Positions 55,667 to 63,878 of a stretch of 64,000 nt of DNA are shown here, one piece after another (positions within the stretch are counted from its first letter, which is position 1; each line of letters starts with the position of its first letter). The stretch lies in NCBI GenBank assembly GCA_964604165.1, contig CAZRYF010000016.1, forward strand, positions 5,229 through 69,228, read 5' to 3'. Made by a program: the position numbers and the translations under genes. A model generated the notes under the pieces. It saw nothing but the letters and a program-made list of their open reading frames with translations. It made no database searches and had not been told where the DNA came from. Source of the stretch: an uncultured Enterobacterales bacterium. Lineage in GTDB: Bacteria > Myxococcota_A > UBA796 > CAJQPC01.

Positions 55667-58117
55667 ATGAGCACGATCTCGTTGTGTGTCATTGCCCGTG
55701 ACGAGGAACAACTTCTTCCTGGACTCCTGGCTTCGGTCGAGGGAGTCGTGGACGAGGTCATCGTCGTAGACACGGGAAGCTGCGATCGCACGGTGGAGCT
55801 GGCCCGGGCGCAAGGCGCGAGCGTCGTTTCCTTTGAGTGGATCAACGATTTTGCAGCCGCCCGAAACGAAGCCTTGTCCCATGCCACTTGCGAATACGTC
55901 CTGGTGCTGGATGCAGATGAGCGCCTGGCAAAAGGGGATGGCGCCATTCTCAAAGAGATTGTGGCGGCTGGTGATGCGGACCTTGTGCTCTTGGCGCTGT
56001 ACAACAGCAATTCTCTGGATGCCTCCCAAGACGAGATTCTCCAAGGGTCTGCCAGCATGGGCGAACCGATTCTCCTGCCGCGTCTGGTGCGTCGCACGGA
56101 GAACCTGCGCTGGGACGGTGCGGTGCACGAGACCATCGCGGTGGAGCTTTTGGATGGCATGCAGGTCGCGGCCTGTGCCGACGTGCGCATTCTCCATTTT
56201 GGTGATGTTCCGGAGATTCGCGAGGGCAAGAAGAAGGATGACCGGAACCTCGCGCTCCTGGAGGAGCGCTGCAAGGTCGAGGTCGGAAATCCGGTCATGG
56301 CAGCGCACCTGGCCCGAGACTACATCCGTCGCGGCCGCCTTGAGGATGCTTGGGATCGGGTGGAGATCTGTTGGTCCCACCTGGAACAGCACCGAGCCTC
56401 CGATGGTTTTCCACCCGCTGTGGTGGGTCTTGCGACCCTTCGCGCTCACCTGCTCTTGGCCCAGGGTCGCAATCGATGTGCCCTCGAGGCCGTGGAGACA
56501 GGGCAAGGCTGGGGCAACAACCACCCCAACCTGGACCTGATGGGAGGCGCCGCCTGTGAAATGATCGCCTTGGAAACAGGGGGCGCGGAAGGCGTCTCCT
56601 GGTTGGAACGATCGGCCGCGTCTTATGTGGCATGTCTGAAGCGCCACGGTGAGGTTTTCGCCGAGGAGCTTCTCCCGGGCGCTACCAGCTGGGCGGCCAG
56701 CACGCGCCTTGGAACCGTGCGTCTTCTGCAGGGGCGTTGTGAAGAGGCCCTGGATGCCTTTGAGACCAGCATGGTGCTCAAGGAAGATCACGTGGAAGCC
56801 CGTCTCGGATGCGCTGAGGCCCTGTTGGGCTGTGCCCAGCCGGAAGAGGCTTTGGCCGTCGTTGAGCCCTGTTTGCAGGAGAATCTTCCGGATTCCTGGG
56901 TCATTGCAGCCGCTGCATGTGACGTGTTGGGGCGCATTGACGAGCTGGTACTTCTGGCAGGACGAGGACGAGACCTGGCAGAAAACGGATTCATGGCGGT
57001 GCATCGGCGCAGCTGCTTGGAGCAGCTGGAGCTTGCCTGCTGCATCTACGGTGGCAGCCCGGTTCCCGGCGATGGCCCCGTGGGGCTCCTGGGGGCTGTC
57101 ATGTCGCGTCGACCGGAAGGCGCCAATCCCTGGGCTGGGCAGGCGCCGGATCCGGAGCTGGTGACCCGTGTGGCCTTGAACAGCATTCTCGGGGGCCACT
57201 CGGAATTGCTGGATCCCCTGTTTGAGGATCGCGCTGAAGATCTGCTTCCGGGCGTGTCTTCCATTTTGCAGGATGCGTTGTCCCAGCTGGGCGTGAACGT
57301 GGTGGACGATGGCGAACCCACGTACCTGTTCATTGGTGGCGCCGGTCGATCGGGTACGACCCTGGTGCGGGCCATGCTGGATGCGCATTCGGGGGTTTAC
57401 TGTGGCCCAGAGGTCAAGTTGGTCACTGGAATCTGCGAAATGCACAAGGTGTGGACCGAGGCCATGGGGGACAGTTTTGAGGCGTCGGGCGTTGGGTCCG
57501 CCCCTTTGGATGCAGGCGTTCGCAGCTTTGTGGATGCTGTGTTGCGGGAAGTGGGGGGAGATGCACGGTGCATTGCGGAAAAGACGCCCCACAACCTGTT
57601 GGGCATGGAGCTTCTTGGGCGCCTCTTTCCCAGGGCCCGCTTTCTCCATGTGGTGCGGGATGGGCGGGCTGTGGCAGCCTCATTGGTAAAGCAGCAGTGG
57701 GTCCACCCCGGCACGGGCGAGCTGGTTCCCTACTGTAGAGACCACGGTTCGGCGGCCCGCTATTGGGGGGAGATGATTACCGAGGTACGCACCCAGGCGT
57801 TGCAGGTCCAGGACCGGTACATGGAAGTGGTGTACGAGGAGTTGGTCACACAACCTGAGCAGGTCATGCGACAGGTGTTGGCCTTCGTGGGGCAACCCTG
57901 GGAGGATGCAGTGGTTCACCACCATGCGTCCGATCAGCGACTTTCCCCGACAGAGTCCTCCAGTGAGGCGGTCTCTCGGGCGGTGAATACCGATGCGGTG
58001 GACCGCTGGCGCAGGGAGCTGACCACGGAACAGGTGCAGGAGATCGAGTCCGCGGCTGGCGAGATTCTGAGCTGGCTCGGGTACACGACACCGGTGGACA
58101 TCCAGAGCGTTGGGTAG
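55667..58117 (+). CDS. Tri-domain enzyme: GT2 (SunS-like subgroup) + TPR + TPST-like sulfotransferase
   Basis: ATG at 55667 (GGAGG upstream). GT2 'SLCVIARDEEQLLPGLLASVEGVVDEVIVVDTGSCDRT...FEWINDFAAARNEAL...LVLDADERL'. The middle ~330 aa are helical-repeat/TPR-like. The C-terminal 264 aa (57323-58114) read 'YLFIGGAGRSGTTLVRAMLDAHSGVYCGPE...LFPRARFLHVVRDGRAVAAS...VVYEELVTQPEQVMRQVLAFVGQPWEDAVVHHH', collinear with animal tyrosylprotein sulfotransferase motifs. Confidence 0.8.
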   Translation: MSTISLCVIARDEEQLLPGLLASVEGVVDEVIVVDTGSCDRTVELARAQGASVVSFEWINDFAAARNEALSHATCEYVLVLDADERLAKGDGAILKEIVAAGDADLVLLALYNSNSLDASQDEILQGSASMGEPILLPRLVRRTENLRWDGAVHETIAVELLDGMQVAACADVRILHFGDVPEIREGKKKDDRNLALLEERCKVEVGNPVMAAHLARDYIRRGRLEDAWDRVEICWSHLEQHRASDGFPPAVVGLATLRAHLLLAQGRNRCALEAVETGQGWGNNHPNLDLMGGAACEMIALETGGAEGVSWLERSAASYVACLKRHGEVFAEELLPGATSWAASTRLGTVRLLQGRCEEALDAFETSMVLKEDHVEARLGCAEALLGCAQPEEALAVVEPCLQENLPDSWVIAAAACDVLGRIDELVLLAGRGRDLAENGFMAVHRRSCLEQLELACCIYGGSPVPGDGPVGLLGAVMSRRPEGANPWAGQAPDPELVTRVALNSILGGHSELLDPLFEDRAEDLLPGVSSILQDALSQLGVNVVDDGEPTYLFIGGAGRSGTTLVRAMLDAHSGVYCGPEVKLVTGICEMHKVWTEAMGDSFEASGVGSAPLDAGVRSFVDAVLREVGGDARCIAEKTPHNLLGMELLGRLFPRARFLHVVRDGRAVAASLVKQQWVHPGTGELVPYCRDHGSAARYWGEMITEVRTQALQVQDRYMEVVYEELVTQPEQVMRQVLAFVGQPWEDAVVHHHASDQRLSPTESSSEAVSRAVNTDAVDRWRRELTTEQVQEIESAAGEILSWLGYTTPVDIQSVG

Positions 58118-59501
58118 GGCTTCGGTGCAGCACCCGTCGACAAAGACCCAACGGGCCACAGAATCCGGTGGAGCCCGACAGGTGGAGACACTTCGGCAGG
58201 CGGTTTCTCGGCATCCGACCGCGGAGAACATGGCCCGACTTGGCTCGGCCCTTGCCGCGGCCGGGGTGGCAGGAGAGCCGCTGGAGTGGTTCTCCCGTTC
58301 CCTTGAAACGGCGCCTTCTGCGGACACCTGGTGTCGCCTTGCCTCACACTTGCTGACCCTCGGCAAGTCCGAGGACGCTCAGGACTGCTTTCACCAGGCC
58401 CTCTTGCTGAAGCCGGGTTGCTTGCCGGCACAGGTGGGGCTTGCGGGTGTGTTGCATCGCTGCGGCCGATCGGGGGCGGCCTTTGAGCTGTTGCAGCGTC
58501 TCCCGGGAAAGGTGACGCCACAGCACGCCCTGCTGTTGGGCCAGGTCTGTCGCGTGTTGAACCGTCCCCAAGAAGGAATCCAGGCTATCCACAAGGCGCT
58601 GCAGGCGAATCCAGGGACGGAAGCCACGGGCATGCTTTTGCACGCGCTCGCCCACCTGTTGGACCGGCAAGGGAACCATGCCCAGGCCTTTGGCGCGTTG
58701 CAAAAAGCCAATGACATGAGGCGCTTGAGATTCGATCCCGATGCTTGGGATGGGGCTCTGGAGCGGATTGCGCAGGTCTTTACGCGGGAGGCGGTGGCGG
58801 GCGCCCCCAGCTCGGAGAATATGTCGGAGAAGCCTGTGTTCATTGTAGGGGTACCTCGATCAGGCACCAGCTTGGTGGAGCAGATCCTGTCCTGCCATTC
58901 GCGATTTGCTGGGGCGGGGGAGACCGATGACCTCTCGCGGGTCATGGCCGACGGTGACCTGGATCCGTCACACCTGAAGCGCGGCGCCGCGGAGATTCTT
59001 TCGCGGTTGGATGCGGTGGATACCGAGGCATGTCGTGTCAGCAACAAGCTTCCACAGAACTTTCTCCACCTGGGTCTGCTGGCCCTTCTGTTTCCAAGGG
59101 CCCGTGTGATTCACTGTGTGCGCTCGCCCATGGACACCGCCTTCTCCTGTTATTTTCAGAATTTCCAGAGTGACCTTCCCTGGGCGACCCAGCAGGACTG
59201 GGCGGCTCGGTACCTGTTGGCTGAACGGCGCCTCATGGCCCATTGGAAGAGCGTGCTGCCACTGGCCATCCACTCCGTTTCCTATGAGCAACTGGTCCTT
59301 CACCCGGATGCCACGATTCGCTCCATGGTGGGATTCTGCGGGCTTCCCTGGGAGCCGGCCTGTACCGAGCCCCACCTGAACCCGCGGGTGGTCCACACGG
59401 CTTCGAGCCACCAGGTGCGAGCACCTCTCCATGCCCGGTCCGTGGGGCGGGCCCGCGAATATGCGCCGTATTTGGGTAAATTGAGGGCAGTTTTGGGATG
59501 A
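58110..59501 (+). CDS. TPR + sulfotransferase protein
   Basis: TPR-like N-half ('[32 protein letters not shown]...'). The sulfotransferase has 5'-PSB '[22 protein letters not shown]' and 3'-PB '[18 protein letters not shown]'. The start is uncertain: TTG 58110 overlaps the upstream stop, and the alternatives are GTG 58125 and 58182. Confidence 0.75.
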   Translation: [463 protein letters not shown]

Positions 59502-59595
59502 GGCGCGGGGTAGTCTGAATCAATTGGGCGTACTCGTGCATGAAAATGCACGATAGCGGGGCGCGTTTCGTGGGAATCGGTTAGTTCCCGGGGCC

Positions 59596-60723
59596 ATGGA
59601 ACGCGAAATCCTCAAAGATGCCCGCCGCATTGTTGTGAAGGTAGGCACGGCTGTGCTGGCTCGAGAGGACGGGCGCCCAGCGTTGGGGCGAATGGCCCAC
59701 GTGGTGGAGCAGATTGTCGATCTCTTGCGCAGTGGAAAGCAGGTGCTCCTGGTGAGCTCTGGGGCGGTGGGGCTTGGAGCGGAGCGCTTGGGCATGAAGG
59801 GCCCCCCGACTCGGCTGGTGGATCGGCAGGTCTGTGCGGCGGTGGGACAGGGGAGCCTTGTGGCGACCTATACGGACCTGCTGGAGCGACTCGGGCAGGT
59901 AGGAGCTCAGGTGCTCTTGACCGAAGACGACTTCTCGGATCGCACCCGGTACGTGAACCTGCAGCGGACCCTCGAGCGCTTGCTGGCGTTGGGAGTGATG
60001 CCCATTCTCAATGAGAATGACACCGTCTCCACGGCCGAGCTTGAGATCACCGAGGGGGCGGTCTTTGGAGACAACGATGGGCTCTCGGCGTTGTTGGCCT
60101 CCAGAATGGAGGCGGACTTGTTGATCATCTTGAGCGACGTGGACGGGGTCTACAGCGCTCCGCCGGGAGAGGCGAATGCCGTGCGAATTCCCCTGTGGTC
60201 TCGGAACATGCAGGTTGAGCTGGGGCCGGACTCTCCTTTGGGACGTGGGGGCATGGGCTCCAAGCTGGAAGCGGCCCGGGTGGCGAGTCTGTCAGGGGTG
60301 TCGGTGGTGATCGCGAACGGTGGAACGCCGGGCATCATCCGAGAGGTGGTGGAGGGTAAGGATGTGGGGACCCTGGTGCCGGCGGATCGTCAAGGCAACA
60401 GCCGAAAGCGCTGGCTGGCGTTTGCGACGTCTGCCCGGGGCACGCTGGTGGTGAACCGGGGGGCCCGCCAGGCGCTGGAAGAACGAAAGGCCAGCCTGCT
60501 GCCACGGGGGGTGGTGGGGGTGGAGGGGGAGTGGTCCGCCGGTGAGGTGGTGGTCATCGCCGACGAGGAGGGGCTCGCCTTTGCTCGGGGGATGGCGAAC
60601 TGCTCCAGCACGGATGCGCGGGCGTCTCTCGGCAGGCACAGCACGGAGATTGGGTCTTCCCGGGGGGATCGGTGCCTCGTGCACAGTGAGAACCTCGCCA
60701 TATTGCAGGAGGTGGCCCCGTGA
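59596..60723 (+). CDS. proB: Glutamate 5-kinase (with PUA domain)
   Basis: 'VVKVGTAVLAREDG...VLLVSSGAVGLG...NENDTVS...FGDNDGLSA' plus a C-terminal PUA 'GEVVVIADEEGLAFARG'. Confidence 0.92.
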   Translation: MEREILKDARRIVVKVGTAVLAREDGRPALGRMAHVVEQIVDLLRSGKQVLLVSSGAVGLGAERLGMKGPPTRLVDRQVCAAVGQGSLVATYTDLLERLGQVGAQVLLTEDDFSDRTRYVNLQRTLERLLALGVMPILNENDTVSTAELEITEGAVFGDNDGLSALLASRMEADLLIILSDVDGVYSAPPGEANAVRIPLWSRNMQVELGPDSPLGRGGMGSKLEAARVASLSGVSVVIANGGTPGIIREVVEGKDVGTLVPADRQGNSRKRWLAFATSARGTLVVNRGARQALEERKASLLPRGVVGVEGEWSAGEVVVIADEEGLAFARGMANCSSTDARASLGRHSTEIGSSRGDRCLVHSENLAILQEVAP

Positions 60724-62009
60724 CGCTGGAATCCACGCCTGAGGCGCTTGCCCGGAGCGCTCGTGCCGCCAGTCGGTCTGTACAGTCTCTTGCTGGAGTG
60801 GATCGCTCCGATGCCCTTCGTCGGATGGCCCGGGCCTTGTTGGACCGGGAACAAGAGATCCTGGCTGCCAATGCCTTGGATGTGCAGGAAGCCGCGGTGC
60901 GGGTCGAGGCGGGGTCGCTCTCCTCGTCGCTGGCGGCCCGGTTGCAACTGACCCCTGGAAAGCTCTCTGTTCTGTCCGAGGGGCTTCGGTCCCTGGCGGA
61001 TGCTGAGGATCCCCTGGGCCGCGTGCTGCGGCACACCCTCCTGTCTGAAGGCTTGGAGTTGACGCAGGAGAGCGTGGCGCTGGGGGTGGTGTTGGTGATC
61101 TTCGAGTCTCGGCCGGATGTGCTCCCGCAGCTTGCAGGGTTGGCGCTCAAGAGCGGCAATGGGCTCCTGCTCAAGGGAGGGAAGGAGGCGGTGCGCAGCA
61201 ACCGGGTGTTGCACCGGGTGCTGGTGGAGGCGCTGGAGCCGGACCTGCCCGGTGGGTTGTTGGGCCTGGTAGAGACCCGAGAAGCGGTGGCTGACCTGTT
61301 GGTCCTGGATGACTGCATCGACCTCGTCGTGCCCCGTGGGTCCGGGGAGATGGTGCGGGCCATTCAACAGGGGACGCGCATCCCGGTGTTGGGGCATGCA
61401 GACGGCATCTGCCACGTGTTTGTGGATCGGGCGGCCGACCCCGCCCGGGCTGCCTCCATTCTGGTGGATTCCAAGACGGACTACCCTGCGGCGTGCAACG
61501 CCATGGAGACGCTGCTGGTGCACGCCGAATATGGGGGGGCGTTGGATCTGCTAAAAGCCTTGCGTGGGGCAGGGGTGGAGCTGGTGGGGGGGCCGAGGGC
61601 GGCCCCGACCTGGGGGTTGCAGCCGGCGGCTTCCTTGGCTGTGGAGTATGGGGAGCTGACGGCCTGCGTGGAGATCGTGGAGTCTCTGGAGGCTGCCGTG
61701 GACCACATCCACGCACATGGCAGCGGGCACACCGACTGTATTGTGACTGAAGATGGCGCAGCGGCTGCCCGCTTTTTGAATGGGGTGGACAGTGCCTGTG
61801 TGTTTCACAATGCCAGCACGCGTTTTGCGGATGGGTTCCGTTTTGGATTGGGAGCCGAGGTAGGCATCAGCACGGCCCGCATCCATGCGAGGGGGCCCGT
61901 GGGGGTGGATGGCTTGCTCACCACGCGCTGGCGATTGGTGGGCCAGGGAGACACGGTGGCACCGTTCACCAGTGGAGAGCGGACCTTCGAGCACGTGTCG
62001 CTCGGTTGA
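60720..62009 (+). CDS. proA: Gamma-glutamyl phosphate reductase
   Basis: 'VIFESRPDVLPQLAGLALKSGNGLLLKGGKEA', 'GHADGICHVFVD', 'CNAMETLLVH' and 'NASTRFADGFRFGLGAEVGIST'. GTGA overlap with proB. Confidence 0.92.
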   Translation: MTLESTPEALARSARAASRSVQSLAGVDRSDALRRMARALLDREQEILAANALDVQEAAVRVEAGSLSSSLAARLQLTPGKLSVLSEGLRSLADAEDPLGRVLRHTLLSEGLELTQESVALGVVLVIFESRPDVLPQLAGLALKSGNGLLLKGGKEAVRSNRVLHRVLVEALEPDLPGGLLGLVETREAVADLLVLDDCIDLVVPRGSGEMVRAIQQGTRIPVLGHADGICHVFVDRAADPARAASILVDSKTDYPAACNAMETLLVHAEYGGALDLLKALRGAGVELVGGPRAAPTWGLQPAASLAVEYGELTACVEIVESLEAAVDHIHAHGSGHTDCIVTEDGAAAARFLNGVDSACVFHNASTRFADGFRFGLGAEVGISTARIHARGPVGVDGLLTTRWRLVGQGDTVAPFTSGERTFEHVSLG

Positions 62010-62081
62010 TTTCCCGGTTGGTAGGGGCGGTTTTCCCGGGAGAGTAGCCGAAGAAATCCGGTGGGAGTTATGAAATATCGC

Positions 62082-62120
62082 TTGACATTGGCTTGAAGTA
62101 CAGGCATATGGCGCGACAAT
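62082..62120 (+). promoter_or_regulatory. Sigma-70-like promoter candidate for the 62136 lipoprotein gene
   Basis: Perfect -35 TTGACA (62082-62087), a 17-nt spacer, then CATATG (62105-62110). The alternative is TTGAAG-N16-GACAAT (62093-62120). Lies in a locally AT-richer spacer after proA. Confidence 0.35.
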
Positions 62121-62135
62121 TGCATGGAGGCAACC

Positions 62136-63806
62136 ATGTTGCGCACACTCTCTTTGTGTCTGGTCATGTGGGTAGGAGCAGGATGCTCCGAAGATTTCAA
62201 GGGTGGTACGGAAAGCCCGGATGACACCGGTCGACCCGGCAGTCTCGCATTCGATGACGATGGCGATGGCTTCTCCGAAGATCAGGGGGACTGCGATGAC
62301 AGCAACCCGTTGATCTCCCCGGACGAGGTGGAAGAGCCCTACAACGGCATCAACGATGACTGCGACGACGCCACTGGGGATCGGGACGCGGATGGCGATG
62401 GCCATGATGCGGACTTTGCTCAGGGCGGAGACGACTGCGATGACACCAACGCGGCCATCAACCCCAGCGAGCCGGAGACGGCCTACAATGGGATCGACGA
62501 CGACTGTGATCCTGAGACCTCGGACCTGGACAAGGACGGGGACGGCTTCGATGCCGAGAGCAAGGGCGGCGATGACTGCGACGATGAAAACGCCGCCATC
62601 AACCCTGGTGCATTTGAAGACACCACCGATGGCATCGACAACAACTGCAACGACACCATTGATGAGCGCTTTTCACCAAGCTTTGTGGACTTCTACAGCT
62701 TTGTGGGCGAGCGCTCGGCGTTGGGTGTTGACTCAGCGGGGCAGCTTCATGTGGCCTACCAGGATGCTGCCGCCGAGCAGCTGATGTACCGCCACCGCCT
62801 GGCAAACGGCGTGTGGGAGGATGCAGAGGCTGTGGCGATCGCGGGCAAGGGTTCCGGCGCCTACATGGATGGCGCAGTCGATGCCCAGGACAAGTTTCAG
62901 TTGGCCTTTACCTATGGCCAGAGCGGAACGCAGCGGCTGGAGTACGGGTACCGCCAGGTGGACGGCACTTGGGGAGGTTGGGAGATCGTGGCTGAGAAGG
63001 ACACGCCCATCCTCGAGTTGTTTCCGAATGTCGTGGGTGCGGTGCACAGCGAGAACGTGGGCTTTGATGTCACCATGGACCTGGACAGCGGCGGGCTGCC
63101 CTCCTTTGCCTACTACGATGCGGGGCGAAAGGAGCCCGTGCTTTGTGACTTCACCTCGTTTGGAACGGCGATCTATGCCCAGGTCGATGCCTACTACGAT
63201 GTGGGCCATGAAGTGTTGACCGGCTTTGGCATGACCGATGGACCGACGGGCTACACCCCCAGCGTGGCGGTGGATCAAAACGACATGGATCACGTGGTCT
63301 ACTGGGACACCTCGGCTTGGGATGGCGAGTACTTTCCTCCCGGATTCGATGATGAGGCGCAGTACAGCGCGTTCACGGACTTTGACCTGGACAAAATCTA
63401 CTTCTCGGAGGAGATCTACCAGGGCGGAAGCTACACCTCGCTCGCCATCCGTGCGGACAACACCCCGTGCTTTGCATCGCAGGACAACTTCAACGGAGAC
63501 CTGCAGTACAGCTGCTTTGAGGGGGGCGTCTGGAGCCAGGAGGTGGTGGACGCGACCGGTTCTGTGGGCGCCTATGCGGAGCTGGGCTTCAACTCCAAGG
63601 ACGAGCCCTACATCGCGTACTACGATGGCTCGAACTCCGCCCTGAAGATCGCCCACAGGTCTGGGGAGACCTGGCAGCTGATCACCGTGGACTCGGACGG
63701 CCTGGTGGGCAAGGAGCCCAGCATGGCCATCAGCGCGGATGACCGGGTGTTTGTGACCTACTACGACCAGACGTATGAAGCCTTGAAGCTGGCGGAAGGT
63801 CGGTAA
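62136..63806 (+). CDS. Lipoprotein: 3x MopE-type Asp/Cys repeats + beta-propeller-like repeat domain
   Basis: ATG at 62136 with GGAGG 5 nt upstream gives 'MLRTLSLCLVMWVGAGC'. Three 'D.DGDG....GGDDCDD.N..INP...E..NGIDDDCD' repeats. At least 7 C-terminal repeats have the form 'hAY.D......L.Y..R..G.W' (for example 'VAYQDAAAEQLMYRHR', 'IAYYDGSNSALKIAHR', 'VTYYDQTYEALKLAEG'). Confidence 0.65.
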   Translation: MLRTLSLCLVMWVGAGCSEDFKGGTESPDDTGRPGSLAFDDDGDGFSEDQGDCDDSNPLISPDEVEEPYNGINDDCDDATGDRDADGDGHDADFAQGGDDCDDTNAAINPSEPETAYNGIDDDCDPETSDLDKDGDGFDAESKGGDDCDDENAAINPGAFEDTTDGIDNNCNDTIDERFSPSFVDFYSFVGERSALGVDSAGQLHVAYQDAAAEQLMYRHRLANGVWEDAEAVAIAGKGSGAYMDGAVDAQDKFQLAFTYGQSGTQRLEYGYRQVDGTWGGWEIVAEKDTPILELFPNVVGAVHSENVGFDVTMDLDSGGLPSFAYYDAGRKEPVLCDFTSFGTAIYAQVDAYYDVGHEVLTGFGMTDGPTGYTPSVAVDQNDMDHVVYWDTSAWDGEYFPPGFDDEAQYSAFTDFDLDKIYFSEEIYQGGSYTSLAIRADNTPCFASQDNFNGDLQYSCFEGGVWSQEVVDATGSVGAYAELGFNSKDEPYIAYYDGSNSALKIAHRSGETWQLITVDSDGLVGKEPSMAISADDRVFVTYYDQTYEALKLAEGR

Positions 63807-63840
63807 GCGGCGCAGCATTCTCCCTGGCCGGGTCGCACCG

Positions 63841-63878
63841 GTCGGGCCGGGACACATCGGTCGGGCCGGGACACATCG
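63841..63878. repeat. 2 x 19-bp perfect tandem duplication in 3' intergenic DNA
   Basis: GTCGGGCCGGGACACATCG occurs twice head-to-tail, preceded by a degenerate third copy (ggccgggtcgcaccg). Lies 35 nt after the stop at 63806. Confidence 0.9.

Noticed and set aside
55364-57649. A 761-aa minus-strand ORF opposite the GT2-TPR-sulfotransferase gene.
   Set aside because: Shadow ORF. The plus-strand protein has clear GT2 and sulfotransferase motifs, while the antisense translation has none and is compositionally biased.
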